This document shows positions 49,659 to 59,357 of a stretch of 64,000 nt of DNA, one piece after another. The DNA is from Rhodobacter sp. (GTDB taxonomy: Bacteria > Pseudomonadota > Alphaproteobacteria > Rhodobacterales > Rhodobacteraceae): assembly GCA_027487395.1 (NCBI GenBank), contig JAIYDR010000384.1, forward strand, positions 9,732-73,731, given 5' to 3'. Position numbers and translations under genes: made by a program. The stretch's first letter is position 1. The number at the start of each line of letters is the position of its first letter. Under the pieces are notes generated by a model. The model did not search any database. It was not told where the DNA came from and saw only the letters and a list, made by a program, of their open reading frames with translations.

Positions 49659-51055
49659 CACAACCGCACCGCCCGAATTCCGTGCAAGGAGTTTGCCAAG
49701 GGTTTTCCAAAATCCTTGGGGCGGTGCCTGTGGTTGTTTTCCTGCCCTCTGTGGCCTTTGCCTGTGCGCTGCCGCCGTCCATCATCCTGACCCTTCCGAC
49801 GGGGTGGTATATGACCGGGGCGGCGCTGACTGTCCTGCTCACGGCGCTTTTCGGGGCGGCGGCGGATCGGTTGCCGGACCCGAACCCACGGCTTTTGTGG
49901 CAGCGAAACGTGATCTTGCCGGAAACGCTGACGTCTTATGTCGCGTTCCTGTGCTTTCTGGGCCTGCTGGCAGTCGGTTGGCTGGGCGCGCGTGATCCGA
50001 TGCACAATCTGATGACGCTGGTGTTCTGGACCGGGGTTTGGATCGCGCTCCCTCTTGGGTCGATGCTTTTGGGCAATCTGTGGCGACCGTTGAACCCTTG
50101 GACCGGGCCAGTGCGAATTGCACGCACGCTGCTGAACCGAACCGGCGGCATCGGGCTGAAACGCCTTGGCCATCTGCCCGCCGTGCTGGGCTATGGCGGC
50201 TTTGTCTGGTTCCAGATCATCTCAATGTCGCCGGATGATCCCTTTGTGCTGGCCACCGCCGCCGCCGCCTATTGGCTGGTGATCTTTGTCCTTGCCGTGT
50301 TGGAAGGCGAAGATTGGCTGCAACAGGGCGAGTTTCTGACCGTCCTCATGGGCTGGCTGTCGCGCGTGTCGCCGCTTTGGCTGGACATCGCGGGGCCGAA
50401 AGCGCGGCTGATGCTGGGCTGGCCGGGGGCGCAGGTGCTGCGGATGCAAGCCTTGACCCGCAGTGAAATCGCACTGGTGACGATGGCCTTGGCGGCGCTG
50501 ACCTTTGACGGGCTGGCGGAAACCTTCTGGTGGCAGGGGCTGATCGGGGAAAACCCGCTGGAGCCCACTGGGCGATCTGGCGTGATGTGGGATAACTCGC
50601 TTGGGTTGATTGTCGCTTGGGCGCTGACGGCGGGAACGATCCTTGGTGCGATCCGGCTGGGGCAATGGTTCGGCGGGCGCTTTGCCACGGGGCCGATCAT
50701 GCTGTCCTTTCTGGCCATCGCCGCCGGATACCATGCCGCGCATAATCTGGTGACCCTGCTGACCGCCGGGCAATACACCCTTGCCGCGCTGAATGATCCT
50801 TTGTTCCGCGGTGATAGCCTGTTGGGACTGTCGGAGTTCTTTGTCTCGTTCGGCTTCCTGACCGATGCCGGGACCATGCCGCTGATCTATGCCGCGCAAT
50901 TCGCGGCGATCCTGCTGGCGCATCTTCTGGCGGTTTACCTCAGCCTGAAGCTGGCCGGACACGCCCCCGCCAGGGCGCATCTGCCCCTTACCTTATTGAT
51001 GGTGGGTTACACAACCTTGGGGTTGTGGCTACTCTCCACCGCGCGAAGTGCCTGA
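49655..51055 (+). CDS. Polytopic membrane protein of unknown function
   Basis: About ten hydrophobic segments; ATGA-coupled to the upstream gene; start uncertain. Confidence 0.75.
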   Translation: MTQPHRPNSVQGVCQGFSKILGAVPVVVFLPSVAFACALPPSIILTLPTGWYMTGAALTVLLTALFGAAADRLPDPNPRLLWQRNVILPETLTSYVAFLCFLGLLAVGWLGARDPMHNLMTLVFWTGVWIALPLGSMLLGNLWRPLNPWTGPVRIARTLLNRTGGIGLKRLGHLPAVLGYGGFVWFQIISMSPDDPFVLATAAAAYWLVIFVLAVLEGEDWLQQGEFLTVLMGWLSRVSPLWLDIAGPKARLMLGWPGAQVLRMQALTRSEIALVTMALAALTFDGLAETFWWQGLIGENPLEPTGRSGVMWDNSLGLIVAWALTAGTILGAIRLGQWFGGRFATGPIMLSFLAIAAGYHAAHNLVTLLTAGQYTLAALNDPLFRGDSLLGLSEFFVSFGFLTDAGTMPLIYAAQFAAILLAHLLAVYLSLKLAGHAPARAHLPLTLLMVGYTTLGLWLLSTARSA

Positions 51056-51143
51056 AATGATGTAAAGTTTCAGACGCATACCTACAGGTTTCAACCAAGG
51101 GTCCGCAAGAACGACGGACCCGATCACCAGCGGAGAGAAGACC

Positions 51144-52418
51144 ATGAAGAAAGAACTGCTCGTCCCGAGCCGTCGCTCGGTCCTCAAGGGGATGGGGGCC
51201 GGCATCGTGGCCTCGGCCTTCCCCGGTTATACTTGGGCGCAGTCCTCTGCCTCCATCAAATTGGGGTTCCAACTCCATCGCACCGGGATTGGTGCGGCTT
51301 ACGGCCGCTGGTATGAACGCACGGCGCAGGCGGCGTTGAAGGTCGTCAATGATGCAGGCGGCATCAATGGCCGCCCGGTGGAAATCCTGTTCGAGGATGA
51401 CGCCACAGACCCCAAGCGCGGCGCAGAGGTGGTGGAAAAGCTGGCCAATGACGGCTGCGATCTGATCTTCGGGCCGCTGTTTTCGCATGTGGTCATCGGG
51501 TCCGCGCCGCGCGCGGGAGAGTTGAAGATCCCTTACCTTGTCTGTTCCGAAGGCTACCATGTCGCATCGGGCATGCTGAACCGCTGGACTCTGCAACCCG
51601 GCATCACCGATGTGCGGTCGCAAGTGTCGTCGATGGCCCCGTGGGTGGCGGCGAACTTGGGCAAAAAGGTCACGATGGTCTATCCCGACTACGCCTTTGG
51701 CTACGACCACCGCGATTTCTTTACCGAGGCGATCAAGGCCCAAGGCGGCGAGGTCATCGCACAAATCGCCATCCCGCCGACGGAAACCACCTTTACCCGT
51801 TATCTGCCGCAAATCCCGGCCGAGACTGAGGTGCTGTATCACGTCATGGTCGGTCCGGCCGTACTGACCTTTGTCAAAGAACTGGGCGATTTTTACGGCT
51901 CTGGCGCGCGTCCGCAGATTTTCGGCTTTATCGACTCGCTGGAGGCCGTCGATACCGCCTCGCCGGGGTTGGAATTCCTGGAAGGGACGTATTTCTGGGA
52001 GGCGATGAACCGCGTTAAACAGGACGGCCAGTCCGAAGCCGAGACTGCCTATCGCGCCGCCGTGGGCGTGGATGACAATGGCGCGTCTGTGACGGATGCG
52101 GCGGATGTGTCCACCTACAGCCATATGTTCAGCGTCTGGGAAACCCTTCACACGATCAAGGCGGGGATGGAGGCTGCGGGTTATCAATCCACCGCCGACC
52201 GCCAAAAGTTTGTTGAGGCTTTGGAGGCGATGACGACAATGGCTGAGGGGCCGGGCAATCCGCAGGGCGACAAGGTGTTCAACGGCAAGACCCATCAGGT
52301 GTTCGGCCATCAGAACATCAGCCAAGTCACCGGGGGCAAGATGATGCGCGTCCACCGCACCAGCATCGAGGATGGCCAATATCCCGACGCCGTGGATTAC
52401 ACCACGATGTCCTTCTGA
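51144..52418 (+). CDS. ABC transporter substrate-binding protein (Leu/Ile/Val-type), Tat-exported
   Basis: SRRSVLK twin-arginine signal; GGINGRPVEILFEDD; DYAFG. Confidence 0.92.
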   Translation: MKKELLVPSRRSVLKGMGAGIVASAFPGYTWAQSSASIKLGFQLHRTGIGAAYGRWYERTAQAALKVVNDAGGINGRPVEILFEDDATDPKRGAEVVEKLANDGCDLIFGPLFSHVVIGSAPRAGELKIPYLVCSEGYHVASGMLNRWTLQPGITDVRSQVSSMAPWVAANLGKKVTMVYPDYAFGYDHRDFFTEAIKAQGGEVIAQIAIPPTETTFTRYLPQIPAETEVLYHVMVGPAVLTFVKELGDFYGSGARPQIFGFIDSLEAVDTASPGLEFLEGTYFWEAMNRVKQDGQSEAETAYRAAVGVDDNGASVTDAADVSTYSHMFSVWETLHTIKAGMEAAGYQSTADRQKFVEALEAMTTMAEGPGNPQGDKVFNGKTHQVFGHQNISQVTGGKMMRVHRTSIEDGQYPDAVDYTTMSF

Positions 52419-52425
52419 TCCTAAC

Positions 52426-52455
52426 AGGGCGGGGGCAATCCCCCGCCCCTTTTTT
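52426..52455 (+). terminator. Intrinsic terminator or attenuator after the binding-protein gene
   Basis: GGGCGGGGG-CAAT-CCCCCGCCC followed by CTTTTTT. Confidence 0.8.
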
Positions 52456-52468
52456 CGGGGATGCCGCC

Positions 52469-53347
52469 TTGAGTTTCGGACCCTTCCTTTTGCTGGCGGT
52501 GATGGAGAGCCTTGTCACCGCCGCCACACTCGCCTTGACCGCTGTTGGGCTGTCCTTGGTGTTCGGCACCATGCGGGTGGTCAATGTCGCACATGGCGAG
52601 TTTTTCATGCTGGGCGCTGTCTTGGCATGGTTCGTCACCGGCTGGGTGGGCGGACCAGAATGGATCGGCTTTGTTGCCGCCTTGGCACTTGCGCCCTTGG
52701 GTGTGGCCGCCGTCGCCACCTTGGCGGATCGCCTCGTGCTGAAGCGCCTGAGCTATGAGCCAGAGGCGACCATCGTCGCCACCATCGGTCTGCTTTACAT
52801 CCTGCAACAGGCGGCGCTGACGTTTTACGGGCCTGAGGCGCGGCCAGTAGAGCCGCCCTTCAACTTTCGCATCCAATTCCCGTGGTTCGGCTATTCCGGC
52901 TACAAGCTGTTCGTGATCTTTGCCGCCGTTGCGGTGTTGCTTGCGGTCTGGTGGGGCCTGACGCGCAGCAAGGCGGGCCTGGTCATGCGCGCCACGCAAG
53001 TGGACCGCGACACCGCCCGCGCCTTTGGGATCAACGTGGATCGGGTCTATGCTGGGGTTTTCGCGCTTGGCGCCGCGCTGGCGGCGATTGCGGCGGTGCT
53101 GATCGTGCCCATTCAGCAAGCGCATTACCTGATGGGCGGGGAGCCGCTCTTGCTGGCCTTTATCACCGTCATTGTCGGCGGGTTAGGGTCCTTGCGCGGC
53201 ACAGTCATCGCGGCCTTAGTGATCGGGCTGTCGGATGGGCTGATCGCGTTCTTCTACTCGCCCACATTGGCGAAGATTCTGGCAACGCTGCTGGTGGCCT
53301 TGGTGCTGGTGTTCCGCCCGCAGGGGCTGTTTGGGGCGAAAACATGA
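52469..53347 (+). CDS. LivH-like ABC permease
   Basis: GLSLVFGTMRVVNVAHGEF, VGGLGS, FRPQGLFG. Confidence 0.92.
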   Translation: MSFGPFLLLAVMESLVTAATLALTAVGLSLVFGTMRVVNVAHGEFFMLGAVLAWFVTGWVGGPEWIGFVAALALAPLGVAAVATLADRLVLKRLSYEPEATIVATIGLLYILQQAALTFYGPEARPVEPPFNFRIQFPWFGYSGYKLFVIFAAVAVLLAVWWGLTRSKAGLVMRATQVDRDTARAFGINVDRVYAGVFALGAALAAIAAVLIVPIQQAHYLMGGEPLLLAFITVIVGGLGSLRGTVIAALVIGLSDGLIAFFYSPTLAKILATLLVALVLVFRPQGLFGAKT

Positions 53348-54270
53348 AAGTGTGGGTCGCGCATCTGGCCGTCTTGGCGGTTCTGGGCGTGCTGCTGGCG
53401 GTGCTGCCCGCCTATCACGCCACCAACCTTGCCCGTATCCTAACGCTGGCGGTGTTTGCAACGGGATATAATCTGGCCTTCGGTTACACGGGGCTGTTGT
53501 CGCTGGGCCATGCGCTGTTCTTTGCCGCTGGTGTCTATGGCGCGGCTTTGCCGGTGACCTATTGGGGTCTGTCGCCCCTGCCCGCCATCGGTTTGGGCTG
53601 TTTGGCGGGGGGCGGGCTAGCCGCCTTGGTCGGCCTCCTGGCGCTGCGAACGGCGGGGGTCAGTTTCATGATCGTGACGCTGATGTTTGCGCAGGCGGGG
53701 TATCTGACCCTGCTCTATTTCGGCCAAATCACCGGCGGCGATGAAGGGTTGGTCATGCCCGACGCCACCGCGTTGATCCCCGGCCTGTCCCCCGACACCG
53801 CCCGCGCGGTGATCGCCTTTACGCTGTTTGCTGTGGCCTTGCTGTTATCGCTCGCCGTGATCCGCAGCCGTCTTGGCCGCGTCATGGTGGCGATGCGCGA
53901 GAATGAAGAGCGCAGCCGCATGCTGGGCTATAACCCGTTCACCGTGAAGTTATCCGCACTCGTCCTGTCGGGTTTGTTCGCAGGCGCGGCGGGGGCGGGC
54001 TATGCCTTGCTGTTCGGCTATGCCGGGGCGAGTTTTGCGACCATCCAATACTCCATCCTGCCAATGTTGTGGGTGCTGATGGGCGGGGCAGGGACCACGC
54101 TCGGCCCGCTGCTGGGGACGGCGGCGATGTTCTATCTGGTCGATGGCGCGGCGCGGATCACGACGGCGACGCTGCTCGTCGTGGGGGTGGCGCTGGTCCT
54201 GCTGATCCTGTTTGCACCGAAAGGCATTCTTGGCACGATAAGGGAAAGGGGCGCGCGATGGATTCCGTGA
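53344..54270 (+). CDS. LivM-like ABC permease
   Basis: GYTGLLSLGHALFF, ITGGDEG, AMRENE; start re-called at ATG 53344. Confidence 0.92.
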   Translation: MKVWVAHLAVLAVLGVLLAVLPAYHATNLARILTLAVFATGYNLAFGYTGLLSLGHALFFAAGVYGAALPVTYWGLSPLPAIGLGCLAGGGLAALVGLLALRTAGVSFMIVTLMFAQAGYLTLLYFGQITGGDEGLVMPDATALIPGLSPDTARAVIAFTLFAVALLLSLAVIRSRLGRVMVAMRENEERSRMLGYNPFTVKLSALVLSGLFAGAAGAGYALLFGYAGASFATIQYSILPMLWVLMGGAGTTLGPLLGTAAMFYLVDGAARITTATLLVVGVALVLLILFAPKGILGTIRERGARWIP

Positions 54271-54977
54271 TCTTGTCGGCACGCGGCCTGACGCGGCATT
54301 TCGGCGGCTTGCGCGCGGTGGATGGCGTCGATTTCGACCTGTATACGGGGGAAATTCACGCCCTGATCGGCCCCAATGGCGCGGGCAAAACCACCTTTGT
54401 CGGCCTGCTGTCAGGGCGCGTTCCGGTGCAAGCGGGCAGCATCACCTTGGGTGGAGAGGACATTACAGCCTTGCCCGCCCATGCCCGCGTTCGCAAGGGA
54501 ATCGCCTATACGTTCCAGATCACTTCGGTCTACCCGCGCCTGTCGGTCTATGACAACGTGGCCTTGGCCGTCCCACCCGAATCCGGCGAATTGCGCCCCG
54601 CCGTCATGGCCGCGCTGTCGCGGGTGGGGCTGGCGGATCGGGCGGATCAAATCGCCGGGACGCTCTCCTACGGTCATCAGCGGTTGTTAGAGCTTGGCAT
54701 GGGCCTCGCCCTGCGCCCGCGTGTGCTGATCCTGGATGAACCGACCCAAGGGCTGGCCTCGGGAGAGGTCGCAGGCTTTGCCGCGCTGGTGCGGTCATTG
54801 GTGCCAGAAACCACGGTGCTGCTGATCGAGCACAATATGGAGCTGGTCATGGACCTCGCCCAGCGCATCACGGTCTTGAACTTCGGTCAGGTGCTGGCCA
54901 CCGGGACGCCTGCGGAAATCCGCGCCAACACGGCGGTGCAAGCGGCCTATCTGGGGGGCGATGATGCTGCGGCTTGA
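54258..54977 (+). CDS. LivG-like ABC ATPase
   Basis: GPNGAGKT, LSYG, LDEP, IEH; start re-called at 54258. Confidence 0.93.
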   Translation: MDSVILSARGLTRHFGGLRAVDGVDFDLYTGEIHALIGPNGAGKTTFVGLLSGRVPVQAGSITLGGEDITALPAHARVRKGIAYTFQITSVYPRLSVYDNVALAVPPESGELRPAVMAALSRVGLADRADQIAGTLSYGHQRLLELGMGLALRPRVLILDEPTQGLASGEVAGFAALVRSLVPETTVLLIEHNMELVMDLAQRITVLNFGQVLATGTPAEIRANTAVQAAYLGGDDAAA

Positions 54978-55659
54978 CGGGGTGGCGGCGGGTTATGGCG
55001 CGGTGCGTGTGCTGGAAGGCGTATCGTTGACCGCAGAACCGGGTCAGATCACCTGCATCATGGGCCGCAACGGGGCGGGGAAATCGACCCTAATCAAGGC
55101 GATTATGGGTCTGGTTCCGCCCACAGCGGGGACAGTCACGCTGGACGGGGTGGCGCTGCACGCCTTACCCGCGCATCTGATCCCCCGCCATGGTGTGGCC
55201 TATGTTCCGCAGGGGCGGCGGCTGTTCGGGCCGCTGACCGTCGCGGAGAACCTGTCCATCGGGCTGATGACGCGCGGTTTCGGGGATGAAACGCGGGAAC
55301 AGGTGCTGACCCTGTTCCCCCGCCTGCGCGAGCGGTTGGATCAAGTGTCGCAGACCCTGTCCGGGGGCGAGCAGCAGATGCTGGCCATCGGGCGGGCCTT
55401 GTGTCTGGAGCCCAAGGTGATCTTGCTGGACGAACCGACCGAAGGCTTGCAGCCATCGATGATCGCGCTGATCCGGGATGTGGTGATGAAACTGAAGGCC
55501 CAAGGCGTGGCGGTGGTCTTGGTGGAACAGCGCCCCGATGCCGTGCTGCGCATGGCCGATCGCGTGGCCTTCATGGCGCAGGGGCGGGTGGCGACGGTGG
55601 TGGCAGCGGCGGAACTTTCGCGGGAATCGTCTCTATTCCAGCAATTTGTGGGGGTCTGA
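54961..55659 (+). CDS. LivF-like ABC ATPase
   Basis: GRNGAGKS, LSGGEQQ, LDEPTEGL, VEQ. Confidence 0.93.
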   Translation: MMLRLDGVAAGYGAVRVLEGVSLTAEPGQITCIMGRNGAGKSTLIKAIMGLVPPTAGTVTLDGVALHALPAHLIPRHGVAYVPQGRRLFGPLTVAENLSIGLMTRGFGDETREQVLTLFPRLRERLDQVSQTLSGGEQQMLAIGRALCLEPKVILLDEPTEGLQPSMIALIRDVVMKLKAQGVAVVLVEQRPDAVLRMADRVAFMAQGRVATVVAAAELSRESSLFQQFVGV

Positions 55660-57678
55660 ATGTCGGGACTGGTCGCCGGGGTGGATGTCGGCGGAACCTT
55701 TACAGATCTGGTGATCCTTGATCCTGCCAGCGGTGCCGTGCGTCTGGCCAAGGTGCCGACCAGCCTGCCCAATCAAGCGCCGGGGGTCTTGGCGGCCTTT
55801 GATGCTGCCGGAGCGGACTTGGCGGGGATTGATCTGATCGTGCATGGCACGACGACCACGACCAATGCCGTGCTGGAACGCGCCCTGTGCAAAACGGGCC
55901 TGATCACCACGGCAGGTTTCCGAGATGTGCTGGAACTGGGGCGCAGGACGCGGCCGCAACCCTATGGCATGACCGGCACCTTTACCCCCGTCATCCCGCG
56001 CGACCTTCGGCTTGAAGTGCCGGAACGCATGGATGCGCAGGGGCGGGTTCTCACCCCTTTGGACGAAGCAGAGTTGCGGGAAACAGTGTCTAAACTGGCG
56101 GAAATGGGGTGTGAAAGCCTCGTGATCCATTTCCTGCACGCCTATGCCAATCCGGCGCATGAACTGCGCGCCTTAGAGATTGCGCGTCAGATCTGGCCCA
56201 CCCCTTACATCACGTGCGGCCATCACCTGCTGTCGGAAAGCCGCGAGTTTGAGCGCGGAGTGACGGCGGCGGTCAATGCCTCGGTCCAGCCCTTGCTGGA
56301 ACGCTATGTGGCGCGGCTGGCAGATGGGCTGCGCGACAAAGGCTATACCCGCGACCTGCTGGTGATGAACGGCAACGGCGGCATGGTCGCGGCGGGCAAG
56401 GTCAGCCGTGAAGCGGTGAAAACCGTGATGAGCGGCCCGGCGTCGGGCGTGATGGCGGCGATTGCGACGGGGCGGCGGGCGGGTTTCCCGAACCTCTTGA
56501 CCTATGACATGGGCGGCATATCGACCGATGTCGCGATGATCCGAAACCACCGCGCGCCGGTATCGAATGAGATCGAGGTGGAATATGCCATGCCGATCCA
56601 TGTGCCGATGGTGGATGTGCGCACCGTCGGCGCGGGTGGCGGGTCCATTGCGCGGGTGGATGCGGGGGGCATGCTGCGGGTGGGGCCAGAGTCGGCAGGG
56701 TCCACACCGGGACCGATCTGCTATGGCCGGGGTGGCACGCGGGTCACGATTTCGGACGCGAACCTGATCCTTGGTCGCCTGCCTGCCGATCGTTTTGGGG
56801 TCGCAGCCGAGGATGCGCGGCAAGCGATGGCGGACCAGATCGCAGCACCCTTGGGTCTGGGGGTAGAGCAGGCGGCAGAGGCGGTGCTCAGGATCGCCAA
56901 CACCCATATGGCAGGCGCAATCCGCATGGTCAGCATCAGCATGGGTGCCGATCCGCGCGATTTCGCGCTGTTTGCCTTTGGCGGGGCGGGGCCGTTGCAT
57001 GCGACCGCCTTGGCGCGCGAATTGGCAGTGCCGCGGGTCCTGATCCCGGCACGTCCGGGAATCACCAATGCCTTGGGCTGTGTGGTGGCCGATCTGCGGC
57101 ATGACTTTGTGCGCACGGTGAACCGGCCCTTGGACGTTGCCGATATGGATCAGGTGCATGGGATTCTGGCGGGGCAAGAGGCCGAAGGCCGTGCGCTGAT
57201 CGCGGCAGAAAAGATCACGCTGGCTGAGGTGCGGGCCGAATTCAGCGCCGATATGCAGTTTGTCGGGCAGACGCATTTGCTGCGGATTGCCTTGCCGCAT
57301 GCGACCCCGTCGCGCGCGGATCTGCAAGCGCTGTTTGAACGGGCCTATCACGACCGTTTCCGCGTTGATCTGCCCAGCATTCGGGCAAACCTTGTGAACC
57401 TGAATTGCTCGGTCATCGGACGTAGGCCGGATATGGACCTGTCGCGCCTGATTGACCCAAGCGAGCGTTTGGCCATCGCCACGCCAAAGGCGCATCGGCA
57501 GGTCTGGTTTGGCGGTTGGATCGATACGCCAGTCTATTGGCGCGACCACCTGCCGCTTGATCCCGGCCTCACCGGCCCCTGCATCATCGAACAGATGGAC
57601 ACGACCATCGTGATTGATCCCGGCTGCACCGTCTCGGGCGACAGTGACGGAAACCTGATCGTAGGGGTGGGCGCATGA
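55660..57678 (+). CDS. Hydantoinase A/5-oxoprolinase ATP-binding subunit
   Basis: DVGGTFTD, HGTT..TNAVLE, SGPASG, GAGGGSIA, GPESAG, FGGAGPLHA. Confidence 0.93.
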   Translation: MSGLVAGVDVGGTFTDLVILDPASGAVRLAKVPTSLPNQAPGVLAAFDAAGADLAGIDLIVHGTTTTTNAVLERALCKTGLITTAGFRDVLELGRRTRPQPYGMTGTFTPVIPRDLRLEVPERMDAQGRVLTPLDEAELRETVSKLAEMGCESLVIHFLHAYANPAHELRALEIARQIWPTPYITCGHHLLSESREFERGVTAAVNASVQPLLERYVARLADGLRDKGYTRDLLVMNGNGGMVAAGKVSREAVKTVMSGPASGVMAAIATGRRAGFPNLLTYDMGGISTDVAMIRNHRAPVSNEIEVEYAMPIHVPMVDVRTVGAGGGSIARVDAGGMLRVGPESAGSTPGPICYGRGGTRVTISDANLILGRLPADRFGVAAEDARQAMADQIAAPLGLGVEQAAEAVLRIANTHMAGAIRMVSISMGADPRDFALFAFGGAGPLHATALARELAVPRVLIPARPGITNALGCVVADLRHDFVRTVNRPLDVADMDQVHGILAGQEAEGRALIAAEKITLAEVRAEFSADMQFVGQTHLLRIALPHATPSRADLQALFERAYHDRFRVDLPSIRANLVNLNCSVIGRRPDMDLSRLIDPSERLAIATPKAHRQVWFGGWIDTPVYWRDHLPLDPGLTGPCIIEQMDTTIVIDPGCTVSGDSDGNLIVGVGA

Positions 57679-59357
57679 TTGATCCCGTTACGCTGGCCGT
57701 CATCCAAGCGGGCTTGCAGCAGGTCTGCGATGAGATGGACCTGACCTTCTCGCGCGCGGCCTTTTCTCCGGTGATTGCCGAAGCCGACGACCGCTCCGAC
57801 GGCATCTATTCCGCCCGCGATGGCAGTCTGATCGCCCAAGGCGCGCGCGGTCTGCCGGTCTTTGTCGGGACGATGCAGTTTTCCACGCGGCATATCGTGG
57901 AACGGATCGCCAGCGGGCAGACCCTGCCGCCGGAACCGGGGGATATCTACATCGTCAATGACCCCTACCTTGGGGGCACGCATCTGATGGATGTGCGGTT
58001 CGCCATGCCGTTCTATCGGGAGGGTCAGATTTTCTGCTGGCTGTCCAATACCGGCCATTGGCCCGACACGGGCGGCGCCGTGCCCGGCGGGTTTTCGGCC
58101 AGTGCCATCAGTGCCGAACAAGAGGGGCTGCGTCTGCCCCCCGTAAAGCTGTTCAAGCGCGGGGTGATGGATACGGAGTTGTGGCAGGTGATCTGCTCTA
58201 ACATCCGGGTCTCAGAGCAACGAATTGGCGATGTGAAGGCACAGGCTTCGGCCCTGCTGGTGGGTGCGGATCGGCTGGGGCAGTTGATGGACCGCTACAG
58301 CGACGCTGCGGTGACCGAAGCGATTGCCGAAATGCGGGTTTTGGCCGCGCGGCAGATGCGCGCCAATATCGGGCTGATCCCGGATGGCAGCTACCGGGCA
58401 ACGGCGATTGTGGACAGTGACGGGGTGGTGAATGAACCGCTGACGATTGCCTTGACGGTGACAAAGGGCGAAGCGGGCCTGACCTTTGATTTCGCCGGAA
58501 CCTCGCCGCCTTGCATGGGGCCGATGAACTCGGTCCGGGCGACCACGCTGTCGTCGGTGTACCTCGCGATGCGGCATATCTTCCCTGATGTGCCTATTTC
58601 TGCGGGGGCCTTTGAACCCCTAACCGTGACCGGCATCGAAGGCACCTTCCTTGACGCGCAATACCCCCGGCCCGTGTCGGGCTGCGCGGCAGAGGTGTCA
58701 CAAAGGATTGCTGAGGCGGTTTTTGCCGCCTTGGTGCAGGCGCTGCCGGATAAGGTCACCGCCGCGCCTGCGGGAACGTCGGGGAACTTCGGGCTTGGTG
58801 GGCATGACCCGGAAAAGGGCCGGGATTATGTGATGTATCAAATCTCTGGCGGGGGTTATGGCGGCAATGCGCGCCATGACGGGCTGTCGAATGGCTGTTC
58901 CACCATCGGCATCTCAAAAGCCCCGCCGGTCGAGATCATGGAGCAGACCTTCCCAGTCCTTTACCGCCGATATGCGCTGCACGAAGGATCGGGCGGAGCC
59001 GGGCAGCATCGCGGCGGCTTTGGACTGGATTATGAGATCGAACTTCTGCGCGGGACGGCACGGGCCTCTTTCGTGATGGACCACGGGCGCACAGGGCCGC
59101 AGGGCGCGCAAGGCGGAAGGGACGGCGCAGTCAATCGGGTGGAAATCCTGAAAGGCGATCAGGTCATCATCCCCGATCACCTGTCCAAAGCGCAGGATAT
59201 TGCCCTTTCGCCGGGAGACCGCGTTCGCGTCCGCACGCCCGGTGGTGGCGGCTACGGTGATCCTGTGTCGCGCGATCCCGCGGCAATTGCCGAAGATGTG
59301 CGGCTTGGCCGATACTCGGCTGCGGAAGCGTATCAGTTATGGGGTTATTCCGGGTGA
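57675..59357 (+). CDS. Hydantoinase B/oxoprolinase hydrolytic subunit
   Basis: NDPYLGGTHLMD, HWPDTGG, EGLRLPP, SGGAGQHRGG, TPGGGGYG. Confidence 0.93.
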   Translation: MIDPVTLAVIQAGLQQVCDEMDLTFSRAAFSPVIAEADDRSDGIYSARDGSLIAQGARGLPVFVGTMQFSTRHIVERIASGQTLPPEPGDIYIVNDPYLGGTHLMDVRFAMPFYREGQIFCWLSNTGHWPDTGGAVPGGFSASAISAEQEGLRLPPVKLFKRGVMDTELWQVICSNIRVSEQRIGDVKAQASALLVGADRLGQLMDRYSDAAVTEAIAEMRVLAARQMRANIGLIPDGSYRATAIVDSDGVVNEPLTIALTVTKGEAGLTFDFAGTSPPCMGPMNSVRATTLSSVYLAMRHIFPDVPISAGAFEPLTVTGIEGTFLDAQYPRPVSGCAAEVSQRIAEAVFAALVQALPDKVTAAPAGTSGNFGLGGHDPEKGRDYVMYQISGGGYGGNARHDGLSNGCSTIGISKAPPVEIMEQTFPVLYRRYALHEGSGGAGQHRGGFGLDYEIELLRGTARASFVMDHGRTGPQGAQGGRDGAVNRVEILKGDQVIIPDHLSKAQDIALSPGDRVRVRTPGGGGYGDPVSRDPAAIAEDVRLGRYSAAEAYQLWGYSG

